A model generated the notes under the pieces. That model made no database searches. It was not told the DNA's origin and worked only from the letters and a program-made list of their open reading frames with translations. A stretch of DNA of 64,000 nt from an uncultured Christensenella sp. (GTDB taxonomy: Bacteria > Bacillota > Clostridia > Christensenellales > UBA3700): positions 20,828 to 84,827 of the forward strand of contig CAJTXS010000005.1 in assembly GCA_910583735.1 (NCBI GenBank). Reading direction: 5' to 3'. This document shows positions 27,940 through 37,078 of this stretch, in pieces (within the stretch, counting starts at the first letter, position 1; the number at the start of each line of letters is the position of its first letter). The translations under genes were made by a program, and so were the position numbers.

Positions 27940-28266
27940 TGTCGGCTCCTAAATGAATTTTATCATAATATCGGAAAAAGTGTATATGTTATTGTAAAAA
28001 AATAAGTAAAAATTAATTGTGTACGCGATATTATATAAAAATCGCTTATTTACAAGCTCCGTAATTTACGACGTCAAATCTCGCTTATCCCTAAGCGCAG
28101 CGCTTATGCTCATGTACGGTAAAGAAGCAAGCAACCGAAAACAAGAGATAGACCGCCAGCACCACACTATTCCGAACCGAAGAAACCAAAGACCAAAAGA
28201 CAAGCATTATGGAAATGTGTATAACTGGCTATGGAATCCCCTCATTCCTCATATCATTTTTTATAA

Positions 28267-28878
28267 TTATTTTGTTTGGTAGATACTATGAATTGCCTGT
28301 TGTATATATCTTTTCCCTTGTTCAACAATGTTAAAGGAATTGTTTGAAAAACACCATGTAGCCATTGTACCCCTTACTATACTTTCCAAATAATTAAAGA
28401 TTTCTTCACTTGAAAAGTCCGAGGAAGAATAAGATATGCTTGATTGTATTTCATCAAAAAGTATTTTAGAAAAATGTCGATTACTAAAATGCTCTGATGG
28501 TCCGGGTATACAAGCACTTAAATTTAACGAATATGCTAGGCAAGTAAGTTCATAACCAGCATAGTCTGCAAATTCAAATTCCAGATTTAAAAAGTAAGTA
28601 ATGCGTTCAATTATAGATTTATTAGGATTAGTAGTTACAAACTCTGTATAGTGATTGGAAATATAAGTTCCCATATCTGCATAGTAACTTTCCCTCACTA
28701 TATCTTCCTTAGACTTATAATGAACATAAAAAGAACCTTTTGCCAATCCAGCCGCTTTACAAATCTCACTTATAGTTACATTATCATAACCTTTGCTTTT
28801 TATAAGGGCAACTGAGGTTTCAAAAATCCTTTTTTTAGTATCAGCCGCCTTGTCTTTTCGTGATTTTTTTTGTTCCAT
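28267..28878 (-). CDS. TetR/AcrR-family transcriptional regulator
   Basis: N-terminal HTH (VTISEICKAAGLAKGSFYVHYKSKEDI); AT-rich codon usage. Confidence 0.85.
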   Translation of the reverse strand: MEQKKSRKDKAADTKKRIFETSVALIKSKGYDNVTISEICKAAGLAKGSFYVHYKSKEDIVRESYYADMGTYISNHYTEFVTTNPNKSIIERITYFLNLEFEFADYAGYELTCLAYSLNLSACIPGPSEHFSNRHFSKILFDEIQSSISYSSSDFSSEEIFNYLESIVRGTMATWCFSNNSFNIVEQGKRYIQQAIHSIYQTK

Positions 28879-28902
28879 TTTACACTCCTTATTAAAGTAG
28901 TA

Positions 28903-28931
28903 TTGACATTACAACGTATCAGAGATATAAT
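28903..28931 (+). promoter_or_regulatory. Consensus sigma-A promoter for the YciI-like gene
   Basis: TTGACA (28903-28908), exactly 17 nt, then TATAAT (28926-28931). Confidence 0.7.
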
Positions 28932-28933
28932 AA

Positions 28934-28958
28934 TGACCGCAGTCATTGACTGTAGTCA
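28934..28958. promoter_or_regulatory. Two tandem 12-bp palindromes; candidate TetR operators
   Basis: TGACCGCAGTCA (28934-28945) and TGACTGTAGTCA (28947-28958) are separated by 1 nt and start 3 nt after the -10 box. Confidence 0.5.
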
Positions 28959-28993
28959 CTATTATTTTAACACATTTTTGCAGGAGGCTCAAT

Positions 28994-29290
28994 ATGTTTA
29001 TCTTTAACTTGACTTATGTCAAACCAATTTCAGAAGTTGAGAAGTATTTACCAGCGCACATCAATTATTTAGAAGAACATTATGATACTAAAGATTTTAT
29101 TTGCTCTGGAAGAAAAATTCCAAGAACAGGGGGAATAATTCTATGTAATTGCAATACAAAACAGGACGCAGAACGAATCATTGAATGTGACCCATTTTTT
29201 CAAGAGAAAATTGCTCAATATGAAATAGTGGAATTTATACCATCTAAATCATCAGAATCATTTAAAGCAATCATAGCAGAAACAAGATAA
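28994..29290 (+). CDS. YciI-like small protein
   Basis: About 98 aa from ATG 28994, with AGGAGG at 28983-28988. The sequence MFIFNLTYVKP...YLPAHINYLEEHY...GGIILCNC...DPF resembles the YciI family. Confidence 0.6.
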   Translation: MFIFNLTYVKPISEVEKYLPAHINYLEEHYDTKDFICSGRKIPRTGGIILCNCNTKQDAERIIECDPFFQEKIAQYEIVEFIPSKSSESFKAIIAETR

Positions 29291-29349
29291 CAAAACAAGT
29301 CAGATAATAGAATAATGACGCCCCATGTGGGAGAAAGGGGGAATAGTTT

Positions 29350-29808
29350 ATGCCTTGTACAGAAGCATACAGAGAACACATCATGTATACTTTTAACGGC
29401 TTTTGCAAGACTGTCATACGCCACGCAGCTATCAACGCATGGCGTGACAGGAGCAGACGGCGGCAAAAAGAAATATCCCTTGAATACCTCACAGAAGAAA
29501 AGTTTTACCCATTAGGCACAACAGACGAATATTTTGAAGCACCCTATGAAGAATACCCCATTACGATATGCGGTCAGACAATCATCCTCACCAATGGGGA
29601 GCTTGCCGCCGCCCTGTTATCTCTGCCAGAGAAGAACCGGGAAATCATTTTCCTTTATTTTTTTGGGCATTACACACAGCAGGAAATCGGGGAAATGTAC
29701 GGACGCTGCCGGAGTACGACCGGGTATCAAATCCGCAGGACTTTACAGCTCCTGCACAAAGAAATGGAGGTGCTTTCACATGGGGAATCCGAACCTTTTA
29801 CCTTATGA
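29350..29808 (+). CDS. Sigma-70 region-4-type regulator of conjugative-transposon type
   Basis: LPEKNREIIFLYFFGHYTQQEIGEMYGRCRSTTGYQIRRTLQLL is a region 4 HTH. The call rests on my recollection of ICE ORF7-like proteins. Confidence 0.65.
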   Translation: MPCTEAYREHIMYTFNGFCKTVIRHAAINAWRDRSRRRQKEISLEYLTEEKFYPLGTTDEYFEAPYEEYPITICGQTIILTNGELAAALLSLPEKNREIIFLYFFGHYTQQEIGEMYGRCRSTTGYQIRRTLQLLHKEMEVLSHGESEPFTL

Positions 29809-29851
29809 AACGATTGTCCGGGCGACCAGCGGCGAGCCGGAAGCCGTGGAC
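29780..29851 (+). pseudogene. 5' fragment of a conjugative-transposon HTH gene (ORF8-like), truncated
   Basis: ATG 29780 gives MGNPNLLPYETIVRATSGEPEAVD, the usual N-terminus of that family. The reading frame then continues as meaningless sequence antisense to ung. Confidence 0.45.
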
Positions 29852-29928
29852 GAAAACATAAGGCATATCGCTTATCATATGATTATCGATATACCTTTGA
29901 GTAAGTATTTGGAAAAGACGGTTTTCAA

Positions 29929-30612
29929 TCAATCGGACAGCGCTCTCTTACTCCAATCTACGGGCGTCCTTCCGTTGTCTATCAGAAAGCCGTTGGCTCT
30001 GGAAAAATGTCTGCATTCCAAGAAGCCTTGATAGAAAGAAAGCGGAGAGGGATGCACAGACGTGAGCACCAGATGCTTGGGATTGGTCACGAGCTTGCCC
30101 TTAGCCTTAGCGTAGCCGCCCCACAGCATAAAAACGGTAGGCGTGTCGCTGTCGTTTATTATCCTGATGACATAGTCGGTAAATCTCTCCCAGCCCTTTC
30201 CCGCATGAGAGCCCGACTGTCCCGCCCTTACGGTAAGCACGGCGTTGAGCAGCAATACTCCTTGCTTAGCCCAGCCCCTGAGATCTCCGTTGTCTGTGGG
30301 CGGAATACCCATGTCGTACTCGAGCGCCTTATATATGTTGACGAGCGACGGCGGGCACTTGACTCCCTCGCCTACGGAAAAGCACATACCGTTGGCTTGA
30401 CCTTCTCCGATGTAAGGGTCTTGACCTATGATAACCACCTTTACGTTCTCAAACGGCGTATGCGCAAAGGCGCTGAGTATATCTCGCTTGGGCGGATAAA
30501 TAACGCGCGTGGAATACTCCTCGTTAAGGAAATTGCGCAAGGTGTCGAAGTAGTCGCTGTCGAACTGCGCCTTGAGCAGAGAGTCCCAACTGTTGCCGAG
30601 ATGCGATGCCAT
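29929..30612 (-). CDS. ung: Uracil-DNA glycosylase
   Basis: Motifs GQDPY, GVLLLNAVLTV and VHPSPLS. Confidence 0.9.
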   Translation of the reverse strand: MASHLGNSWDSLLKAQFDSDYFDTLRNFLNEEYSTRVIYPPKRDILSAFAHTPFENVKVVIIGQDPYIGEGQANGMCFSVGEGVKCPPSLVNIYKALEYDMGIPPTDNGDLRGWAKQGVLLLNAVLTVRAGQSGSHAGKGWERFTDYVIRIINDSDTPTVFMLWGGYAKAKGKLVTNPKHLVLTSVHPSPLSFYQGFLECRHFSRANGFLIDNGRTPVDWSKRALSD

Positions 30613-30614
30613 AC

Positions 30615-31418
30615 TTATACCAGCCTTTCGCCTATGGGGCGATGATTGAGATAGCGGAATATATACTTAAAGCCCATATCTTTAAGCGCGTCGACTACCT
30701 TATCGTAATTGATAAGCAACCAGTCGGGATTATGCGCGTCGGAGCCGAAAGTGATGAGCTCTCCGCCCAGCTCCCTATATCTGCGCACAATATCACTCTC
30801 GGGGATAAAAGGCGTATCGGTGCCCCGTCCGTTGACTTCCAGCGCCTTACCCTTGTCTATAATCGACTTAAGTATACTGTCTATCATATCGGGGAACTCG
30901 CCGTACTTGAGCGCTCTGTCCTCGTAAGGAGACTTACGCGCGACATAACCGATATGCCCTATTATATCGTAATCGTAAGGCGCCTGCACGCTGGCTGCCA
31001 CCGCGCGCAGATATTCGCCGTACGCCTCCGCCCTGCCGCAATCGAAATAGGACCGGTCATAACAGTCTTGAGCGCCGACCATATGTACAGAGTTAATCAG
31101 TACATCGGTATGATACTTGCCTGTAATGTCCGAGTACAGAGCGTCGGCTGGCGCATAGTAGCCCATCTCCAGACCGATGCCCAACTCTATCTTGCCCTTA
31201 TACTCGTCTTTGAGCCTCTCGAGCGAAGAAAAGTGGGCGTCCAAATCTATCTGCCTCACCCACTGAAAGCCGTCAATCAACTGACAGTCCCTGTCGCAGT
31301 GGTCGGTGAGCGCAAGATATCCCGCGCCCTTAGCTATCGCGCCGTCGAGCATTACGCGTGCGGGAGTATTGCTGTCGTGAGAATGCTCGCAGTGACTGTG
31401 ACAATCCGCAGCTAACAC
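30615..31418 (-). CDS. PHP-family histidinol phosphatase (HisJ/HisK type)
   Basis: N-terminal DCHSHCEHSHDS, an internal NSVHMVG, and C-terminal FGSDAH. Confidence 0.75.
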   Translation of the reverse strand: MLAADCHSHCEHSHDSNTPARVMLDGAIAKGAGYLALTDHCDRDCQLIDGFQWVRQIDLDAHFSSLERLKDEYKGKIELGIGLEMGYYAPADALYSDITGKYHTDVLINSVHMVGAQDCYDRSYFDCGRAEAYGEYLRAVAASVQAPYDYDIIGHIGYVARKSPYEDRALKYGEFPDMIDSILKSIIDKGKALEVNGRGTDTPFIPESDIVRRYRELGGELITFGSDAHNPDWLLINYDKVVDALKDMGFKYIFRYLNHRPIGERLV

Positions 31419-31420
31419 TA

Positions 31421-32641
31421 TTACGCCTCCGTCTTGACGCCGTTGACCTTGCGATACATGGCGGCAAAGTCGTCCTTGCCCATGAGGACCGGCACGGGAT
31501 AGAGTGGATTGGCCTCGTCATACGCGTGCTTGCACATAATAGGCAAGTCCTCTTCCTTGATTATACCGCCGAAGTTGTCGGGGATATTCATATATGCGTT
31601 CATGTCCTTGATAGCTTGGATAAAGGCAAGGGCTTTTTCCTTATTGTCTGCGCCCTCTATGCCCGCGGCGTCCGCCAAGCGAGCGAGTTTTGCGTAGACC
31701 TTCTCGCCGTAAAACTCGAGCAGATAAGGCAACAACACGGCATTGGCAAGTCCGTGAGGAACGCCGTACTGTCCGCCCAGCGTGTGCGCCATAGCATGCA
31801 CATTGCCGACGTAAGCGCGGGTAAACGCAACGCCTGCGTCGAATGCAGCTATCTGCATATTGCTGCGCGCTTCCATATCGGACCCGTCGTCGTACGCTCT
31901 CTTGAGATACTTGAAGATAAGCGCCGTGGCATTGATTGCCTTGGCCTTGGTCTCCTTGGTATTGCTGTTGCCGATATAAGCCTCCACGGCGTGGCACAGC
32001 GCGTCCATGCCCGTAGTGGAAGTGACTTTCTTAGGCAAGCCTACCGTCAACTTGGGGTCGAGCACCGCATATCTGGGAATAAGTACGAAATCATTGATAG
32101 GATACTTCTCATGTGTCTCGGGATTGCTGATGACTGCAGCAAGCGTCGTCTCGCTTCCCGTACCTGCAGTAGTAGGTATTGCAAAGAGCGGAGGAAGCTT
32201 ACGTCTCACCTTAAGGATGCCCTTCATCTTGTGCACCGGCTTATTGGGGCGAGCAAGTCTCGCGCCCACCGCCTTGGCGCAGTCCATGGGGGAACCGCCG
32301 CCGAAAGCTATAATAGCCCTTGCATTGCACGCGGCAAACATATCGCAAGCGTCCTCGACGTTATTAATAGTGGGATTGGGCACCGTCCTATCGTATACGC
32401 CGCAGATTATACCCTCTGCGTCCAGCGCCTCGATGAGAGGATTGCACAGTCCGAGACTGCTGATGCCACCGTCCGTAATCAATAGCACGCTCTCGATACC
32501 CATATCCTTTATGTACTTAGGCAATCCAAGCACTCCGTCCTCTAATTGGAGCACTTCGGGCTTGCGCCATGGCATAAAGGGGATTACCATACGGAATACC
32601 GACTGAAAAGTCCTGCACCACATCTTGCTGAATACGTTCAT
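31421..32641 (-). CDS. Iron-containing alcohol dehydrogenase
   Basis: Motifs GGGSPMDCAKA and HAMAHTLGGQYGVPHG. Confidence 0.85.
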   Translation of the reverse strand: MNVFSKMWCRTFQSVFRMVIPFMPWRKPEVLQLEDGVLGLPKYIKDMGIESVLLITDGGISSLGLCNPLIEALDAEGIICGVYDRTVPNPTINNVEDACDMFAACNARAIIAFGGGSPMDCAKAVGARLARPNKPVHKMKGILKVRRKLPPLFAIPTTAGTGSETTLAAVISNPETHEKYPINDFVLIPRYAVLDPKLTVGLPKKVTSTTGMDALCHAVEAYIGNSNTKETKAKAINATALIFKYLKRAYDDGSDMEARSNMQIAAFDAGVAFTRAYVGNVHAMAHTLGGQYGVPHGLANAVLLPYLLEFYGEKVYAKLARLADAAGIEGADNKEKALAFIQAIKDMNAYMNIPDNFGGIIKEEDLPIMCKHAYDEANPLYPVPVLMGKDDFAAMYRKVNGVKTEA

Positions 32642-32693
32642 AATACCACCTACCGATAATTAACTATATATTTCGGATTAACCGATTAATTGC

Positions 32694-33923
32694 TTATATA
32701 TTTACTCCGCTGCCTAAGAAAGGAGAATTGTTGCCCGTAGCGTCCGCGCCGATTACTACCTTGCTAACGTCTATGCCGTCGTTAGTAAGCGCCGCGCACT
32801 GAGCAAAGACCGCCGGTCCCAAAGTAACGCTGTCTCCGAGAATTGTCACTTTGGCGAGATACTTGCACTTTTGAAAAGCTGCGTTGCCTATGCTCTTAAC
32901 GCTACTCGGGATTGTTATCTCTCTCAGCTCTGTGCCCGAAAATGCAAATTGCGAAATGCTCTCCATACTCAGTAGACTAATGCTCTTAAGTTTTGTATTG
33001 GCAAATGCGTACTGCCCGAGCCTGGATATCGCGCCCTCGACAACGATATTGGCGTTGACATCTCCATAAAATGCAAATTGCTTTACTTCATTACACTTAG
33101 CGGGCAATGTAATATCTGTAAGCGCGGTACACGAATTAAATGCGCGCGTGCCGATAGAAGTAATATTCTTGCCAAGCACTACGCTCTCGATATAATTGCA
33201 GTTGCCGAAAGCCCAGTCGGGAATAAACGTAGCTGCGTCTGAGATTATCACCGTCGTAAGCGAATGTGGCATCTTATTGTTCTTCTCGCCGGAATATGTG
33301 CCGCCTTGACCTCCGAATAGGTAAGGTATTCCGTAATTCTCACCGTCCGTCTCTTGAGCGTTTCTGCCCGCATAAGGGAGGGTGAGCGACGTTAGCGATA
33401 CGCAGCCGTTAAATGCGCCGCCGCCTATCTCTTTTACGCTGTCGGGTATGTTAATCGACTTTACGCTCCTGCAACCCTTAAAAGCCTCGCTTGCAACCGC
33501 AGTCACGGGCTTGCCCGAATACTCCGCCGCAACAGTTAAGGTATCGGCAAGATACGCCGCATTGTCGGTAGTGCCCGTCACGGTATAGCTCTCGCCGCTG
33601 CTATCGAGGGTATATACAACCCTGCTCGTCCATACGGCGGTCAAAGTAACTTCGCCGTCTATGCGCACCTTGTCGTCGACGCCGTAGACATTGCCGTCAT
33701 TGTCCTTCCATTGCAGCAAGTCATAGCCTTCCTTTACCGGCTTATACTTGGACAGATTGACGTCCTTTCCCTCATATACGGATATATCCCTGCCCGTCTT
33801 GCCCTTGAGCTCGCCGCCGTTGTAATCAAGCGTCACGGCATGCTTTGGTCCGCAAGAAACCAGTATGCCGCAGAGCGCCGCAATAAGCAATACGACTATC
33901 AGTACAGAAACTATCTTCTTCAT
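32694..33923 (-). CDS. BspA-type leucine-rich-repeat lipoprotein
   Basis: MKKIVSVLIVVLLIAALCGILVSCG (lipobox), followed by repeats of the form I.IP.SV..IG..AF..C..L..I.L. I placed the start at ATG 33923. Confidence 0.75.
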   Translation of the reverse strand: MKKIVSVLIVVLLIAALCGILVSCGPKHAVTLDYNGGELKGKTGRDISVYEGKDVNLSKYKPVKEGYDLLQWKDNDGNVYGVDDKVRIDGEVTLTAVWTSRVVYTLDSSGESYTVTGTTDNAAYLADTLTVAAEYSGKPVTAVASEAFKGCRSVKSINIPDSVKEIGGGAFNGCVSLTSLTLPYAGRNAQETDGENYGIPYLFGGQGGTYSGEKNNKMPHSLTTVIISDAATFIPDWAFGNCNYIESVVLGKNITSIGTRAFNSCTALTDITLPAKCNEVKQFAFYGDVNANIVVEGAISRLGQYAFANTKLKSISLLSMESISQFAFSGTELREITIPSSVKSIGNAAFQKCKYLAKVTILGDSVTLGPAVFAQCAALTNDGIDVSKVVIGADATGNNSPFLGSGVNI

Positions 33924-33948
33924 AATGTCTCCCCGCAGGCGCACACGT

Positions 33949-34491
33949 CTACGATCTACCCGCGATTGCCTTAATCTTTCTTTTAATCTTCTGCAGGGCG
34001 TTGTCGACGCCCTTAATATTGATATCCGCCTCGCTCGCTATCTCGGCGTAACTCTTGCCTTCGATATACATGCGAAGCACCTTATATTCTTTATCGTTAA
34101 GCTCGTCTTTTATTCGCGCTTTGAGCTCCTCGCCCTCTATATTGCCGAATATCTCCGCTTCCGCATCCGATATTGCGTTAAAGGTATCGATCGGCACGGA
34201 TTCGTTAAGCGGTCTGTTTTTGTAACGCGAAGCGCTCTTGACCGCGTCGAGTATGCGAGACTTGATACACGCATGCGCATAAGTCGAGAATTTTCCGCCG
34301 CAGTCCTTATAAGTCATCACGGCTTTAAACAAGCCTATCATACCTTCCTGCCATGCGTCGTCCTGCGTAGCGCCCACAATATAATATCTGCGCGCTATGG
34401 ACGATACCATACCCATATAGTTGTTGATGAGCGTCTCCGCGGCGTCGGCGTCGCCCGCCTGCGCCATACGAAGGAGTTCGCTCTCTTCCAT
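33949..34491 (-). CDS. sigH: Sigma-70 family factor, SigH-like by sequence and context
   Basis: Region 2 DDAWQEGMIGLFKAVMTYK and region 4 SYAEIASEADINIKGVDNALQKIKRK. The mrnC-rlmB-sigH order matches Bacillus. Confidence 0.65.
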   Translation of the reverse strand: MEESELLRMAQAGDADAAETLINNYMGMVSSIARRYYIVGATQDDAWQEGMIGLFKAVMTYKDCGGKFSTYAHACIKSRILDAVKSASRYKNRPLNESVPIDTFNAISDAEAEIFGNIEGEELKARIKDELNDKEYKVLRMYIEGKSYAEIASEADINIKGVDNALQKIKRKIKAIAGRS

Positions 34492-35210
34492 CAGTTAAGC
34501 CTCTGTCTGATAAGTTCGTAACACAATATGCCGCACGCAACAGAAGCGTTGAGCGAATTGACCTTACCCGACTGCGGTATCGATACCGCCCTGTCGCAGA
34601 GCGAAGACGTAAGCGCCTTGACGCCGAATCCCTCGCTGCCGATTACGATAGCCGTGTCGTCTCTCATATCTACGTCGTACATGACATCGCCTTTCATATC
34701 TGCGCAGTAAACTTTAACGAAGTCTTGCTTGAGCATACGTATCGTGTCGTTGACATTGTTTACAGCCGCTACCTTTACGTGCTGAGCCGCGCCCGACGAC
34801 ACCTTAACTACCGTGCCGTTGACGCCGACTGCGCGACGCTTGGGTATGACTATGCCGTGCGCGCCCGCGCACTCCGCAGCTCGCAATATACTGCCGAGAT
34901 TATGCGGGTCCTCTATGCCGTCGAGAATAAGCAAAAACAGCTTCTCTCCCTTAGCCTTAGCCAAAGCGCGTATATCTTCGAGCGTAGAATACTTATAGTC
35001 TTCCACCACCGCTATTATACCGCGGTGCGCGCCGCTGTCGGACAGCTTGTCCAGCTCCTTCTTGTCGCAGAATACGACGCGCGCGCCCTTAGACTTGGAC
35101 TTGTCGACTATGTCTTCCATTCCGTGCAGTCCCTTCTGCACATAAAGTCTGCCTATCGCCGTACCTGCGGCGAGAGCTTCTCTGATACTGTTTCTGCCTT
35201 CTATTACCAT
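34491..35210 (-). CDS. rlmB: 23S rRNA Gm2251 2'-O-methyltransferase (TrmH family)
   Basis: SpoU motifs DGIEDPHNLGSILRAAECAG, IVIGSEGFG and SLNASVACGI. Confidence 0.85.
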   Translation of the reverse strand: MVIEGRNSIREALAAGTAIGRLYVQKGLHGMEDIVDKSKSKGARVVFCDKKELDKLSDSGAHRGIIAVVEDYKYSTLEDIRALAKAKGEKLFLLILDGIEDPHNLGSILRAAECAGAHGIVIPKRRAVGVNGTVVKVSSGAAQHVKVAAVNNVNDTIRMLKQDFVKVYCADMKGDVMYDVDMRDDTAIVIGSEGFGVKALTSSLCDRAVSIPQSGKVNSLNASVACGILCYELIRQRLN

Positions 35211-35215
35211 CTATA

Positions 35216-35959
35216 TTATTCCTTATCGCCGCTAAGCGATGCGCGGCGCGCTCTTACTTCCGCCGCCTTGCCGCACGTCATCTTGCCCTCGGAGCAAGCT
35301 CCCTTAACGCAAGCGGGTCCCGCATTGCAGAAGAGATTGGGCGCGACATCTATAAGCAACGTAAGCATCTGCCATGCCACTTCGCGTATCTCCCACTGCG
35401 CTCTGTTGCAACATCTGAGCGATAGGAAGTGCAATAGCTCGCGAGCGTTCATTGTAATCGTCATCTTGGTCTCGGCTGCATTGGGCAGGACAAAACGCGC
35501 GTCCTCGTTGGAGCTCTCTTTAGCTCCGCCCAGCAGCGTCTGCCACTCCTCGTACCAGCCGTGCATCTCGCTCATCTGCGCCTTGTACTTATCCTCGTAC
35601 TCTTTGCCGAGCGCGGATATCGCAGGCGGTACTATGTAATTGAACTCTCCGCTCTTATTGGCGGCTACATATCTCTGTGACTTGACGGAGAAAGACGCTA
35701 TCCTGTGCCTCGTCACCTGCGCCAAGAAAGCGCGCGACACGCCCTCTATACCGAAAGTAAACGACGCGTGCTCGAAAGGCGACATATGTCCGAAGCCCGT
35801 AAGACGGGATAAGAACTTGGACACGTCCCCGCTCTCCACTCCCTGCTTGAGGTCCTCTATAGTCGCATCCGAATAACACAGCTTAGCCGACATGGCTACA
35901 GTCTGCTCGGGATTGGCTGTGTAAGTAAGCAATGTTACTTTAGGTTTTACCTGTGGCAT
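35216..35959 (-). CDS. thyX: FAD-dependent thymidylate synthase
   Basis: ThyX motif RHRIASFSVKSQRY. I placed the start at ATG 35959. Confidence 0.9.
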   Translation of the reverse strand: MPQVKPKVTLLTYTANPEQTVAMSAKLCYSDATIEDLKQGVESGDVSKFLSRLTGFGHMSPFEHASFTFGIEGVSRAFLAQVTRHRIASFSVKSQRYVAANKSGEFNYIVPPAISALGKEYEDKYKAQMSEMHGWYEEWQTLLGGAKESSNEDARFVLPNAAETKMTITMNARELLHFLSLRCCNRAQWEIREVAWQMLTLLIDVAPNLFCNAGPACVKGACSEGKMTCGKAAEVRARRASLSGDKE

Positions 35960-36008
35960 TTCTCCTCCCATGCGACGCCGCGCGCCGCCAATGCGGTTAT
36001 CCCGCCTA

Positions 36009-36419
36009 TTATTCCGCTGTCTCCGTCAATGCAAGTATAGTCTCGAGCCGCTGCTTCTGCCCCGTGAGATACAGATATCCCAATACAGCCTCCAGCCCGC
36101 TCGCCTTCTTATAGTCGGCAATACTGGCATTCTTGGCGCCATGCAGCGTATGATTGTTGCGCGCCCTGCGATATATATCCGCCTCGTCCTCGTTGAAGAC
36201 GGCAATTGCCTTATCCGCGGACTTAGACTGCGCCCGCGCGCTGATTTGCCCTGCGGCGATATTGTGCAACGCGCCGCTTTTCGCGGTAGATGTCACAGCC
36301 AAATACGTCCTGACATACAGCGTCTGCACCGAGTCTCCTACGAAAGCAAGCACGAGAGGGTTAAGCTCTCGCGCCTGTTTAGTCGTAATTGTGTCGGGGA
36401 TAACGGGGATACAATCCAT
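36009..36419 (-). CDS. mrnC: Mini-ribonuclease III
   Basis: Motifs LAFVGDSV, RRARN and YKKASGLEAVLGYLYL. The ATG at 36419 overlaps the upstream aldolase-family stop (TAATG). Confidence 0.8.
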   Translation of the reverse strand: MDCIPVIPDTITTKQARELNPLVLAFVGDSVQTLYVRTYLAVTSTAKSGALHNIAAGQISARAQSKSADKAIAVFNEDEADIYRRARNNHTLHGAKNASIADYKKASGLEAVLGYLYLTGQKQRLETILALTETAE

Positions 36420-37078
36420 TACTTGCTCATACGCGACACGAAGTAATCGAACAGCAACTCGTCGCTGTATACCGACTGTCCCGTAGCCTTGAGCGTCATC
36501 TCCTCGATATAATTCTTGCAACAACGCTCCATGGCGCGCATTATCTCGAAAGCCTCGTCCATGTCCTTGCCTGCGCAGAACACGCCGTGACTTGCCATAA
36601 AGCAGGCGTTGCGTCCCTTAATAGCCTCTACAGTGCCCTTCTTGAGCGTCTTGGTGCCGGGCAGACCGTACTTTCCTACCCGTATATTTTCGCCGCCGAG
36701 CAGCTCCCTATCAGCCTTGTCCTGCACGGGCAACTCCCTGCGCACAGACGCGAATACCGAGCAATAATAGGGGTGCGAGTGTATAGTCGCGTTAATCTCC
36801 GGGCGGTCCGCCATTACGCTGGCGTGTATCTTACGCTCGGAAGTCGGCTTCTTGCCGTCTCTCCATATCGAAGGGTCCGCGATGTTGACCACGGGCATAT
36901 CCTCGGGCTTAAGCGCGATGTAGTCCAATCCCGTAGGAGTGACGAGCATGTACTCGCTGTCCAATCTTACCGCGGTATTGCCCCAAGTTCCTTGCACGAG
37001 GTTCTCTTTGAGGAGATTGACGCCCGCATCTTTAATAACCTGTCTGAGCCTAAGCTCTTCTTCTGCCGTCCATGCCAT
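36419..37078 (-). CDS. Class II aldolase/adducin-family protein with a full metal site (FucA/AraD-like)
   Basis: QGTWGNTAVRL, MLVTPTG, SERKIH (Glu), IHSHP (two His) and ASHG (third His) line up with the FucA pattern. Confidence 0.8.
   Translation of the reverse strand: MAWTAEEELRLRQVIKDAGVNLLKENLVQGTWGNTAVRLDSEYMLVTPTGLDYIALKPEDMPVVNIADPSIWRDGKKPTSERKIHASVMADRPEINATIHSHPYYCSVFASVRRELPVQDKADRELLGGENIRVGKYGLPGTKTLKKGTVEAIKGRNACFMASHGVFCAGKDMDEAFEIMRAMERCCKNYIEEMTLKATGQSVYSDELLFDYFVSRMSK

Larger units (their letters stand above)
28267..29851. mobile_element. Foreign islet: AT-rich TetR/YciI cargo plus a truncated regulatory module of a Tn916/Tn1549-type conjugative element. No integrase or excisionase is present.
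   Basis: A hand-counted 60-nt sample at 28301-28360 has 17/60 G+C, against 36/60 at 30061-30120. A sigma-70-like gene and the first roughly 24 codons of an HTH gene end abruptly about 80 nt from ung. The boundaries are approximate. Confidence 0.4.

Noticed and set aside
28019-28282. 87-aa plus-strand ORF upstream of the islet
   Set aside because: It has no SD, overlaps the 3' end of the TetR gene, and is low-complexity sequence in an AT-rich spacer.
29534-30031. 165-aa and 97-aa plus-strand ORFs spanning the sigma gene end into ung
   Set aside because: These are chimeric frames. Only the short stretch MGNPNLLPYETIVRATSGEPEAVD looks genuine (the truncated HTH gene). The rest is out-of-frame sigma sequence or antisense ung.
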